This document shows positions 31,214-40,431 of a stretch of DNA of 64,000 nt, piece after piece. Each line of letters begins with the position of its first letter. The stretch's first letter is position 1. The stretch is from an uncultured Nitrospinota bacterium (GTDB taxonomy: Bacteria > Tectomicrobia > Entotheonellia > J063 > CAVPRW01), in the NCBI GenBank assembly GCA_963707985.1, contig CAVPRW010000010.1:128001-192000 (forward strand), written 5' to 3'. Below the pieces are notes generated by a model. The model worked only from the letters and a program-made list of their open reading frames with translations. It made no database searches and was not told the origin of the DNA. The position numbers and the translations under genes were made by a program.

Positions 31214-31705
31214 ATGAGCATTCAAAAGGGTGATCCCATTCCGACGGCGCGAATTTTCGAGCTGGACGCTCAGGGCACATCACATGCCGTTTCGGCCGCA
31301 GAACGTTTCGCAGGCAAGCGCATCGTGCTTTTTGCGGTGCCGGGGGCATTTACCCGGACCTGCTCACAAGTCCATCTACCCAGTTTTGTGCAACAGGTTG
31401 ATGCCATCAAAGCCAAGGGGGTCGACGAGATCGTCTGTCTGGCCGTCAACGATGTTAATGTTCTGGCCGCGTGGGCGCGTGAGCATGGTGCGACGGGCAA
31501 GATCAGCATGGTGTCGGATGGGCTCGCTGAGTTCACGCGCGCGATTGGTCTGGACCAGGACCTGAGCGAGCGTGGCCTGGGTGTGCGCTCCAAGCGCTAT
31601 GCCATGATCATCGAGGACGGCAAGGTCAGTGATATTCAGGTCGAACCCCCAGGTGCGTGTGAGATCAGTAAAGGGGAAGCGGTCCTGCAGCGCCTAGGCT
31701 CTTAG
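31214..31705 (+). CDS. Peroxiredoxin (Prx5/redoxin type)
   Basis: VPGAFTRTCSQVHLP, AVND.V..AW and LGVRSKRYA. Confidence 0.93.
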   Translation: MSIQKGDPIPTARIFELDAQGTSHAVSAAERFAGKRIVLFAVPGAFTRTCSQVHLPSFVQQVDAIKAKGVDEIVCLAVNDVNVLAAWAREHGATGKISMVSDGLAEFTRAIGLDQDLSERGLGVRSKRYAMIIEDGKVSDIQVEPPGACEISKGEAVLQRLGS

Positions 31706-31720
31706 CTCCAGGAGGACAGC

Positions 31721-32965
31721 GTGGCCAAAGATTCGGAGGTTCTTGGAAGTGTGCAAGCAACGGTGACCGATGCTCACCCCGCCGCGTCGTTGTTGCAGCA
31801 TGCCGTCCTACCAGACTTGAACAAGGAAGAAATTGCCCGCTATAGCCGTCATCTGATCATGCCGGAAGTGGGTATGGCGGGACAGCGCAAGCTCAAAGCG
31901 GCAAGTGTGTTGCTGATCGGCGCCGGCGGGCTGGGCTCGCCGCTTGGCTTATACCTGACGGCGGCGGGTGTGGGACGGATTGGCCTGGTGGATTTCGACG
32001 TGGTTGATTACAGCAACCTGCAGCGTCAAGTCATTCACGGGACGAAGGATGTGGGACGTCCCAAGCTGCAATCCGCCAAAGACCGCCTGATGGACGTCAA
32101 TCCCTTCGTGCAGATTGACACCTATGAAACGACCCTCAGGTCCGACAACGCCCTAGAGCTTTTCGAAGATTACGATGTGATCATCGATGGAACCGATAAT
32201 TTTCCGACGCGCTATCTGACCAATGATGCTAGTGTCCTGCTGGGCAAGCCGAACGTGTATGGCTCGATCTTCCGCTTCGAAGGACAGGCATCGGTGTTCT
32301 TCCCACGCGGTGGCGGCCCATGCTACCGCTGTCTGTACCCGGATCCACCCCCACCAGGGCTGGTGCCATCATGCGCTGAGGGCGGTGTCTTGGGGATTCT
32401 GCCAGGCATTGTCGGGCTGATCCAGGCGGCAGAAGCGGTCAAGTTGATTCTTGGAGAAGGGGAATCATTGATCGGTCGCCTGTTGCTCTTTAATGCCCTG
32501 CAAATGCGCTTTCGCGAGTTGAAATTGCGCCGTGATCCTAGCTGCCCATTATGTGGAGAGAATCCGGTCATTCGGGAACTCATCGATTACGATCAGTTCT
32601 GCGGCATCACTCCACCTGAGGAGGAGACAACCGAGGCGGCCGACTGGGAGATCACTGTCACCGATTTGAAAGGAAAATTGGATCGGGGGGAGCCACTTAC
32701 CATCATCGACGTGCGCGACCCACACGAATGGCAGATCTGCAATCTCGAAACGTACGGCTCGAAGCTCATCCCACTTGGCCAGTTCGCGGCGCGGATGTCT
32801 GAGCTGAACAGTGAGGACGACATCGTTGTGCACTGTAAAATGGGTGGCCGCAGTGCCGATGCCTACCGAATGCTCCAACAGGCGGGGTTCAAACGGATCA
32901 AGAATCTTAAGGGTGGAATAACGGCCTGGGCGGACCAGGTTGATCCGACAGTGCCGAAGTATTAA
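31721..32965 (+). CDS. moeB: MoeB/ThiF adenylyltransferase fused to rhodanese (MoeZ-like)
   Basis: RYSRHL, GAGGLG, SNLQRQ, DGTDNF, CYRCLYP.PPP...SCAEGG and C-terminal rhodanese CKMGGRS. Confidence 0.94.
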   Translation: MAKDSEVLGSVQATVTDAHPAASLLQHAVLPDLNKEEIARYSRHLIMPEVGMAGQRKLKAASVLLIGAGGLGSPLGLYLTAAGVGRIGLVDFDVVDYSNLQRQVIHGTKDVGRPKLQSAKDRLMDVNPFVQIDTYETTLRSDNALELFEDYDVIIDGTDNFPTRYLTNDASVLLGKPNVYGSIFRFEGQASVFFPRGGGPCYRCLYPDPPPPGLVPSCAEGGVLGILPGIVGLIQAAEAVKLILGEGESLIGRLLLFNALQMRFRELKLRRDPSCPLCGENPVIRELIDYDQFCGITPPEEETTEAADWEITVTDLKGKLDRGEPLTIIDVRDPHEWQICNLETYGSKLIPLGQFAARMSELNSEDDIVVHCKMGGRSADAYRMLQQAGFKRIKNLKGGITAWADQVDPTVPKY

Positions 32966-33140
32966 GGTCCATCAGGTGCACAACATTCGGGCGGTGCGGC
33001 TCCTATGAGTCTGGTCTTATCCCGCACGAGTCTGCGAGTGATCGTGAAGGGCAACGCAGCGGCCGGGGTACCGCCGCTGCGCTTGTCCCCGAGCGGTTAT
33101 CGTATTGACGGGCATCAGGCGTACGATAGGGGTGGCAATG

Positions 33141-33422
33141 ATGGCTGACATTTTCCTTACCTGTCTTACCTGAGGCTGGGAGCCCCTTTGCAACAGTTGT
33201 TGCAACCGGGAACGTGAGCAGCCATTTCATGCGGTTGAGGTCGATGAGCTCATCACACCCGAAGAACAAAAGCCCTTTGCCTTTTCTCTGGCCAACTGGC
33301 ATGGTGTGCAGCACCTTCGCATGGCCTCTGTCCCCCGTGGAGGGGTCGTTAACTTGGACCAGCTCCACATGGATGATTGCCAGATCGTCTACGAGTGCCC
33401 GCAATATCAGTCCCGGGCTTAA
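33141..33422 (+). CDS. Putative 93-aa Cys-rich selenoprotein (CxxU), paralog 2
   Basis: MADIFLTCLT-TGA(33171-33173)-GWEPLCNSCCNREREQP...DDCQIVYECPQYQSRA*. Same length as paralog 1, 70/93 identical by manual count; absent from the ORF track. Confidence 0.8.
33188..33205 (+). promoter_or_regulatory. Putative bacterial SECIS hairpin (copy 2)
   Basis: TTGCAAC-AGTT-GTTGCAA at the same spacing from the TGA as copy 1. Confidence 0.7.
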
Positions 33423-33635
33423 GCCCATCTCGCCCATCAGCCCAACCTCGTTTCGCAGCCGCTCGACAATAAGCACGAGATTGCTACCTCGCGCAGATGT
33501 CTGGTTTATTCAACGTCCCGTATTTCGCGATGCCACACCTCACACTGGCGCCGCAACAGCCGTGGACTGTCTGGCTCTACGCGAAGCCATCGTCCGTGGC
33601 TTGACGCAGGAAAGCACCGAACGCGAGGTCATTTC

Positions 33636-34577
33636 ATGAGTGCCGACCGTGAGCCGATGGAGCAACGTCACACCCTGGCACGCGACTCCATTTTGGGGCA
33701 GATTGGCAATACGCCCCTGCTCCGGTTTATGAACATTGGGAAGGAATTTGACCATGTGGAAATCTACGGCAAAGCCGAGTGGTTCAATCCGGGCGGATCC
33801 GTCAAGGATCGCCCAGCCCTGCGCATGATCAAAGAGGGGGAGAGATCCGGTGCCCTCACACGGGATAAGATCATCCTCGACTCCACCTCTGGAAACACCG
33901 GTATTGCCTATGCGCTGATCGGCGCCGTTATGGGCTATCGTGTCGAGTTGGCTGTACCGCGCAGTGTCAGCCAGGAACGCAAGCGGATGTTGGAGGCGTA
34001 TGGGGCCCATGTGATCTACACTGATCCGCTTGAAGGCTCGGATGGTGCGATTCGCGAAGCGCATCGACGTTATCAGGCCGATCCCGAGAAATATTTCATG
34101 CCGGATCAATACAACAACCCGGCCAACTGGCAGGCGCATTATGACACCACTGGCCCCGAGATCATTGAGCAGACCAGAGGTCGTATCACCCACTTTGTCG
34201 CCGGTGTGGGCACCAGCGGCACCCTCATGGGGACGGGGCGCCGACTGCGTGAATTCAGTGCTGCGATTCAAATCGTGGCGCTGCAGCCGGCCGAGGATCT
34301 GCATGGCATCGAAGGGCTGAAACACATGGCGACCGCCATTGTCCCCGGCATCTGGGATGAAGGCTTTGCCGATCGGCAATTGTCGGTAGAGACGGAAGAC
34401 GCGTATAACATGGCCCGACGCCTCGCCCTCGAGGAAGGCATGCTGGTGGGGCAATCGGCTGGGGCTGCGGTATGCGCCGCGATCGAGCTGGCCCGCCAGA
34501 TTTCCGAAGGGGTCATCGTGACGATTTTGCCAGATGCCGGCGATCGCTACTTCAGCACGCGTCTCTGGGAAGCCTAA
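33636..34577 (+). CDS. PLP-dependent cysteine synthase (CysM/CysK family)
   Basis: IGNTPL, NPGGSVKDR, STSGNTG, DQYNN and GVGTSGT. Confidence 0.93.
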   Translation: MSADREPMEQRHTLARDSILGQIGNTPLLRFMNIGKEFDHVEIYGKAEWFNPGGSVKDRPALRMIKEGERSGALTRDKIILDSTSGNTGIAYALIGAVMGYRVELAVPRSVSQERKRMLEAYGAHVIYTDPLEGSDGAIREAHRRYQADPEKYFMPDQYNNPANWQAHYDTTGPEIIEQTRGRITHFVAGVGTSGTLMGTGRRLREFSAAIQIVALQPAEDLHGIEGLKHMATAIVPGIWDEGFADRQLSVETEDAYNMARRLALEEGMLVGQSAGAAVCAAIELARQISEGVIVTILPDAGDRYFSTRLWEA

Positions 34578-34698
34578 GCTTCCATCAGCGGGAACGCTCA
34601 TCGGATTTGCACAAGGAGGTTCAGCACAAGCCCATTAGCGAGGTGTCGTGTAAGTTCATCCACGAATGCCAACATGCAGGATCAGGAGGGAGCGTTAC

Positions 34699-35025
34699 AT
34701 GGGAAAGGCGCAGGATGTGACCGATGCGACGTTTGAGCAAGAGGTACTCAACTCCGCTCTGCCGGTGCTTATTGACCTATGGGCCCCCTGGTGTGGTCCC
34801 TGTAAAGCGATAGCACCAATCGTCGAGGAGTTGGCTGGTGAATATGAGGGACGGCTGAAGGTCATGAAATTGGATGTCGACGGCAACGGCAACACGCCTG
34901 TCACCTATGGGGTACAGAGCATTCCGACGCTGCTGCTGTTCAAAGGTGGAGAACTGGTGGAGCAGATCAAGGGCGCGGTGCCAAAGCAGCGGATTGTGGA
35001 TACGATTCAGAACGTCGTGGACTAA
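34699..35025 (+). CDS. trxA: Thioredoxin
   Basis: WAPWCGPCK and SIPTLLLFK; AGGAGG RBS. Confidence 0.96.
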   Translation: MGKAQDVTDATFEQEVLNSALPVLIDLWAPWCGPCKAIAPIVEELAGEYEGRLKVMKLDVDGNGNTPVTYGVQSIPTLLLFKGGELVEQIKGAVPKQRIVDTIQNVVD

Positions 35026-35045
35026 GGATCATCACCCTAAAATAC

Positions 35046-35076
35046 GTTGGGGGTCCGTGTCTGACGGACCCCCAAC
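35046..35076 (+). terminator. Hairpin after trxA (likely terminator)
   Basis: Perfect 13-bp stem GTTGGGGGTCCGT/ACGGACCCCCAAC with a 5-nt loop; no U-tract. Confidence 0.6.
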
Positions 35077-35541
35077 ATCCCAGAACGGTATCCCCCGCTC
35101 TATGCGCCTCTCGGCGAGAGAAATCCCTTCCATCTGCACAAGGTCCACATGAGGCGCAGCCTGCACCTTCGGGGGCGCCCTGTTCTGGATTGACCAGCGC
35201 ACTTCAGCCGATTCTCCCTACCGTCCCACACTTCAGAGCGCTCAATAGCGTTCTTACTCCGCTCCGAGCGAGACGAGTGCTAGATTGGCAGGCAGTCCCA
35301 ACCGCTCTGTGCCCCTCTTGTGTGCAACCGTTCACAGATGACTTTTCTTCGAGATGAGCCCAACCGACAGCGTAGCAGCTTTCTGCGGCTAGTTGGCGAC
35401 TTCATCCGGTGAAAGGGAGGATGGCAAGCTTCTTGAGTGTGGATAGCAGACTCGTGTCAGCAAATCACAGACTATGTCTTGGCGTATTAACGGCCCTAGC
35501 CTCGAGGATGGGCGACAATTGATGGAAGGACAGGCATCTCC

Positions 35542-37113
35542 ATGAACAGTTGGCATACGACGAAATGGCTGGGGACCGCCGCCAGGGCGGTGTGCCTCGG
35601 CCTGGCGATCTGTATCCTGAGCGTACAAGCGTCTGAAACCCCGAAGCGGGCCCCTCAGCTGGTCATCGCGCAATTGGGGAATCCTGCGGCCCTGAATAGC
35701 TGGAATTGGACAGCCGGTAGCGAGTCTGACATCCTCTCACACATGCAAGAATCCTTGATGCAATATGACCGACAAGCCAAGCTGCAGCCACTGCTCGCCG
35801 AAAGCGTTGAGATGAATAACGCCACGGACTGGATCTTGAAGGTCCGCAAAGGTGTCAAGTTTCATGATCCCGATCTCGGTGAGATGACGGCCGAGGATGT
35901 CAAAGCCAGCATCGAAGCTAATTTGCGCAATGGCACCGGACATTCGCTGCGTGTGCCGACCGTGATGCGCGAGGGCACTGTGGAGGTCATCGATACCTAC
36001 ACTCTGCGTTGGAAGCTGAGGGACCCAGGGTTAGTCACGCTACCACAATGGCTTACGGATATGTACGTCAACTCGAAGAAATACCTCGAGCGGGAAGGCT
36101 ATGATGCTGCCGGCCGCCGCCCGGTGGGGACCGGTCCGTACAAGTTCGTGGAGTGGTCTCCCAATCAGCAGATCGTCATGGAGGTGTTCAAGGATTATTG
36201 GCGCCCCTTACCGGCTTTCGACCGCCTGGTTTGGCGTATTATCCCCGACCCCTCGACGCGCAAGAACGAGTTTCTCACCGGCGGCATCGACGTCTTGCCC
36301 TTTGTCACGCCCGAGATCGTCCCGGAAATTCACACGAAGCCGAATTTACGCATCGAGAGCGTGTTGAGCACACGACTCATGTTCGTGGGCTTGCCGGTGG
36401 ACAATCCTTTACTGGCGGATAAGCGAGTACGGCTGGCACTGAACCTGGCGGTGAATAAACGCGAGATGATCGAGCAATTGTTCCGGGGCATCGGAGCCGC
36501 TGAGCTCACGGTCCCCTTGCCATTGACGCTAGCTGAACGTAATCCGAACCTGGAAGGCTATCCCTATGATCCTGATAAGGCCCAGAAGCTCCTCAAGGAG
36601 GCCGGCGCCATCGGCAAGACCATCACCCTCGAGGCACCGTATAACCGCTATACGCTGGATCGTGAAATGGGAGAAGCCCTTGCCGGGTATTGGGAGGCAG
36701 TGGGTTTGAAGGTCGATTACAAACCCCAGGACTGGGCTACATATTCGCCCCGCGCCCTACGTGGCTCGCCAACTTGGCCCACCAATCCCTTCTTGATGGG
36801 TTTCGGCGATGGACGCTACCTGGCCGACTACATGTATGATTTGTGGATTGTCAAAAAGCCTGGGGGTAGCCGTGGGGCGGTGTATACCAAAGGGCCGGAT
36901 CACTGGGACGAATGGGTGCGGGAGATCAGTCTCCTGAGTTTACAGGACCCCCGACGGCGAGAGCTACTCTATAAACTGCAAGAAGAGATCATGGAGTATG
37001 CCCCATGGGTCCTGGTACTCAATTTCAAGGATATTTACGCGCTCAATAGCAAAGTAGACTGGAAACCATTTTCCAATGAACGTCGTGACATGTACGATGC
37101 TAAACCCCGCTAA
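35542..37113 (+). CDS. ABC transporter substrate-binding protein (peptide/nickel family 5)
   Basis: Signal peptide, PLLAES, RKGVKFHD, PVGTGPYKF, VRLALNLAVN and YPYDPDKA. Confidence 0.92.
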   Translation: MNSWHTTKWLGTAARAVCLGLAICILSVQASETPKRAPQLVIAQLGNPAALNSWNWTAGSESDILSHMQESLMQYDRQAKLQPLLAESVEMNNATDWILKVRKGVKFHDPDLGEMTAEDVKASIEANLRNGTGHSLRVPTVMREGTVEVIDTYTLRWKLRDPGLVTLPQWLTDMYVNSKKYLEREGYDAAGRRPVGTGPYKFVEWSPNQQIVMEVFKDYWRPLPAFDRLVWRIIPDPSTRKNEFLTGGIDVLPFVTPEIVPEIHTKPNLRIESVLSTRLMFVGLPVDNPLLADKRVRLALNLAVNKREMIEQLFRGIGAAELTVPLPLTLAERNPNLEGYPYDPDKAQKLLKEAGAIGKTITLEAPYNRYTLDREMGEALAGYWEAVGLKVDYKPQDWATYSPRALRGSPTWPTNPFLMGFGDGRYLADYMYDLWIVKKPGGSRGAVYTKGPDHWDEWVREISLLSLQDPRRRELLYKLQEEIMEYAPWVLVLNFKDIYALNSKVDWKPFSNERRDMYDAKPR

Positions 37114-37132
37114 TGTGAGAGTGATGTGACGG

Positions 37133-38047
37133 ATGCACCGATTTATCATCGAACGATTGATTCAGAGCATGGTCATCGTGGCAGTGGTCAGCGTCATCGT
37201 CTTCCTCTTCGTGCATGCCTCCGGTGATCCCGCGGCTCTTCTCGTGCCGGAGCAGGCCACGCCCGCCGACGCCGCTAACTACCGGAAAGCCCTGGGATTG
37301 GATCGCCCGGTCTACGAGCAATATGTCCAGTTCATGAGCCATTTTTGGTTCAGTGATACGGTCAAATCATTTCGCTTTCAACAGCCATTGCTTCCGCTCG
37401 TGCTGCAACACTTGAAGTTCACGCTCATCCTTGCCGGACTGACAATCGTTGTCAGCAGCCTGCTGGCGGTACCCCTGGGTATTTTCTCCGCTTTGAGGCG
37501 GGGCTCGGTGATGGATGTCGGCATCCGCCTGGTCGCGGTCATGGGCCAGTCGATGCCGAGCTTTTGGGTCGCCATGCTACTGATGTTGATTCTAGCCGTG
37601 CATCTGCGGCTGTTCCCCGTGTCGGGCGTGGGCGTGGCGCAGATCGTGCTCCCAGCCATGACATTGGCGTTCTTTCAAGTGGCGGTATTGCTCCGTCTGG
37701 TGCGCTCGGAGATGTTGGAAGTGATGGGCCAGGAGTACGTCCGGACGGCTCGGGCGAAGGGGGTTCCAGAGCTCTGGGTGACTGTCCGACATGCGCTCAA
37801 GAATGCGGCCATTCCGGTCATTACCGTGATGGGACTGCAATTCGGTGCCTTGGTGCAGGGGGCGATCGTGGTGGAGCCGATCTTTGCCTGGCCAGGCCTC
37901 GGCTGGCTTCTGGTGGAATCGATTGCGGCGCGTGATTTTCCAGTTGTGGTCGCCGGGGCCATCATCGCGGCTGTGTTTGTCACCCTGGTGAACCTCATCG
38001 TAGATCTCCTGTATGGCTGGCTCGATCCACGCATTCGGGTGAACTGA
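37133..38047 (+). CDS. ABC transporter permease (DppB/OppB-like)
   Basis: GDPA, LGLDRP..EQY, YVRTARAKG, HALKNA and DLLYGWLDPRIR. Confidence 0.94.
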   Translation: MHRFIIERLIQSMVIVAVVSVIVFLFVHASGDPAALLVPEQATPADAANYRKALGLDRPVYEQYVQFMSHFWFSDTVKSFRFQQPLLPLVLQHLKFTLILAGLTIVVSSLLAVPLGIFSALRRGSVMDVGIRLVAVMGQSMPSFWVAMLLMLILAVHLRLFPVSGVGVAQIVLPAMTLAFFQVAVLLRLVRSEMLEVMGQEYVRTARAKGVPELWVTVRHALKNAAIPVITVMGLQFGALVQGAIVVEPIFAWPGLGWLLVESIAARDFPVVVAGAIIAAVFVTLVNLIVDLLYGWLDPRIRVN

Positions 38048-38048
38048 G

Positions 38049-38966
38049 ATGGTTGACGTCGCAGTGATGAGTCATGAAACCTTGGTAAAGGATCGTTTGT
38101 TCAGATGGCGGGAGCGCTTTCTGCGCGGAAAACTGGCGGGCAATGTCGCCTTCTGGGCTGCGGCAACGGTTCTCCTGATGTTCACTGGGATGGCCGTTTG
38201 GCCTCAGGCGTTGGCCCCCTATAACCCGCGTCTGGGACGTTTGGCCGATCGGCATAAACCACCTGGATATGTCGATGCTACCGGAGGCGTCCACTGGCTG
38301 GGCACAGATCACCAGGGCCGTGATGTGTTGAGCCGCGTCATTTATGGCGCTCAAGTGTCCCTGACGGTCGGGTACTCGGGAGTTATCATTGGCGCGCTCG
38401 TGGGGATTGCGATCGGTCTCTTGGCCGGCTATCGCGGTGGAACCTTCGATCAAGTGGCGATGCGGGTGGTGGATGCCTGGCTAAGTTTCCCGTACATTCT
38501 CATCGCCATCGTCTGGGCGGTGACCATCGGTAGCGGCGTGCTCAATCTGGTAGCCATTCTTGCCGTGCGTGGCTGGGTCGAGTTCGCCAGGGTCGGCCGT
38601 GGTCAGTCCCTGGCTATTCGCCAGCGCGAATATATCACGGCCGTGCGCGCCCTGGGAGGAGGGGATTGGCGCATTATGTTGCGCCACATGCTCCCCAACA
38701 TCATGGCGCCCATTCTTGTGGTGGCGGGTTTCCAACTAGGACGTTTGATTTTGCTGGAGGCGACGCTGTCGTTCCTGGGGCTCGGAGTGGAGCCGCGCAC
38801 ACCGGCGTGGGGGAGCATGCTCTCCGATGCGCGTGGCTATCTGAATGTCGCTTGGTGGACGGTCACTTTTCCCGGTATCGCCATTGCCCTGGTGGTGTTG
38901 GCTGCCAACTTCATGGGTGACAGCCTGCGAGACCGCCTGGACCCAGCCTTGCGGAACAATACCTGA
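38049..38966 (+). CDS. ABC transporter permease (DppC/OppC-like)
   Basis: HWLGTDHQGRD, RHMLPN, EATLSFLGLG and GDSLRDRLDP. Confidence 0.94.
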   Translation: MVDVAVMSHETLVKDRLFRWRERFLRGKLAGNVAFWAAATVLLMFTGMAVWPQALAPYNPRLGRLADRHKPPGYVDATGGVHWLGTDHQGRDVLSRVIYGAQVSLTVGYSGVIIGALVGIAIGLLAGYRGGTFDQVAMRVVDAWLSFPYILIAIVWAVTIGSGVLNLVAILAVRGWVEFARVGRGQSLAIRQREYITAVRALGGGDWRIMLRHMLPNIMAPILVVAGFQLGRLILLEATLSFLGLGVEPRTPAWGSMLSDARGYLNVAWWTVTFPGIAIALVVLAANFMGDSLRDRLDPALRNNT

Positions 38967-38994
38967 CCGTGGGCTCCATGCTGACCGCGACCTC

Positions 38995-40338
38995 TCATCG
39001 GTTGTCCGGCTTGGGAGGCAGTTTGGACGGGCGTGGCAGCTGGCGAGCGGCGGGCTTCGTTGGCACCTTCTTGGCAGGAGTTCGTGGCATCTTTCCACCT
39101 CCTGTCTGAGGCGACTTCGTCTGAGGTGCTGAGGGACGCTTGGGCGGAGCCTCGAACAACACCTGGAGCAAATCGTTCAGTTCCGGTGGCGGAGCCAGTT
39201 CTTCCTCGGGCGCATAGGGATTAAGGCGTAGCGTGGTTTGAGCCGTCATGGCCGGGACGAAGTTGGCGACGGCCGGCACCTTCGAGGCGATGGTGACGCC
39301 GACCTCATCGTCGACGTCCATCGTGTCAATGCGCTGATCCCAATCGAGGATGGCTCGCGTGGCGGCGTACACATCGCGCAGGTCGCTGACGCTGCCAACG
39401 CTCATGCCTCCAGTGCCGAGTCGCATGACCAGTGGAAATGCTGACTTGTTGGCGATCGGCAAGCGCCGTTGCTTGGCCTCTTCCAAGAGGGGTGGCGGCA
39501 CGTCGCGCTGGGGTGTAAAGGTCAAGCCGACAGCAGAAACTGACATGAGCTTGGCGAGCATTTCGTCTTCTTGCTGTTGCCGTTTCTTACTCATTCGGCC
39601 CTTACCGATCACCTTCCCGGTCTGCTCCATCTGGTCGATATGCTGCACGCTGAATTCGTAAAAGCGCCGAAAATCATCAAGCGAGGCATAAAGCGCCAGC
39701 CCAAATTCCTGCCCCAGATTTCCCATGATGATGCCATAGAGTGTCTTCGCGTCGCCAGTTGGGGGTTGGAGATTGATCTCGAACATCACTTCGTCGCCAA
39801 AATCAAGCCATAATTCGGCGCCATAGAATGCTTTGGCAGCACTAAACAACTCGCGTAAGCCCTCATCACTCAGCGTCTCACCGGTACGTGCGGCTTGCGT
39901 CCGGTAGTCTCTAGCCCCCCCGCCGAACTCTGTCGCCATCTCGTCGACCAAGGCATCGAGAACGACAAGCTGAGCGGCCACCTCCAAACGTATACCCGCG
40001 GCCGTCAGCGTTGCGTCGATTTCTTCGGCCTCCGTTTGTGAGTTGACCCGAATGAGCTGCGGTCGGCGCGGCTTACCGAGCATCGGTTGGCGCATCGCCT
40101 CCAGGATGAAATCCGCTAGTGCCGTCGGTGGAGCACTGGAGGGGACGATATTGGCCTGTACCACGCCGCCCTGGCCGCTGGCATGGACGGCCAGTAGGAT
40201 CTCAGGTCGCTCCCCCTTACGTTCCAGTTCGGCAATAGAGATATTCAGCCGCCGCCGCCCTACTTCCCACACCTCACCGCTAGCCTGTGGCAGGCGGGCG
40301 ATCAGCGCGGTCTCGATCTTGATGATTTTCCCGGTCAT
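38995..40338 (-). CDS. Hypothetical protein (447 aa)
   Basis: Long ORF with an RBS-like AAGGA, motif IMGNLGQEFGLALY and a basic Pro-rich tail. Confidence 0.75.
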   Translation of the reverse strand: MTGKIIKIETALIARLPQASGEVWEVGRRRLNISIAELERKGERPEILLAVHASGQGGVVQANIVPSSAPPTALADFILEAMRQPMLGKPRRPQLIRVNSQTEAEEIDATLTAAGIRLEVAAQLVVLDALVDEMATEFGGGARDYRTQAARTGETLSDEGLRELFSAAKAFYGAELWLDFGDEVMFEINLQPPTGDAKTLYGIIMGNLGQEFGLALYASLDDFRRFYEFSVQHIDQMEQTGKVIGKGRMSKKRQQQEDEMLAKLMSVSAVGLTFTPQRDVPPPLLEEAKQRRLPIANKSAFPLVMRLGTGGMSVGSVSDLRDVYAATRAILDWDQRIDTMDVDDEVGVTIASKVPAVANFVPAMTAQTTLRLNPYAPEEELAPPPELNDLLQVLFEAPPKRPSAPQTKSPQTGGGKMPRTPAKKVPTKPAARQLPRPSKLPPKPDNR

Positions 40339-40431
40339 AGTTGGCTTTCCTTTGCTCGTTCCCGCGTCACAGATGTTCGGTGCACGATCCGGCCCGCCTA
40401 GGTAGTGGTCCAGGTCAGTTCGAACGCTCGT

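Noticed and set aside
30667..33476. Mutually similar minus-strand ORFs 30667-30990 and 33003-33476 (and plus-strand 30671-31030, 33214-33639)
   Set aside because: Shadows of the CxxU genes. Their lengths and ends differ between copies, whereas the CxxU frame has matched start, stop and synonymous changes.
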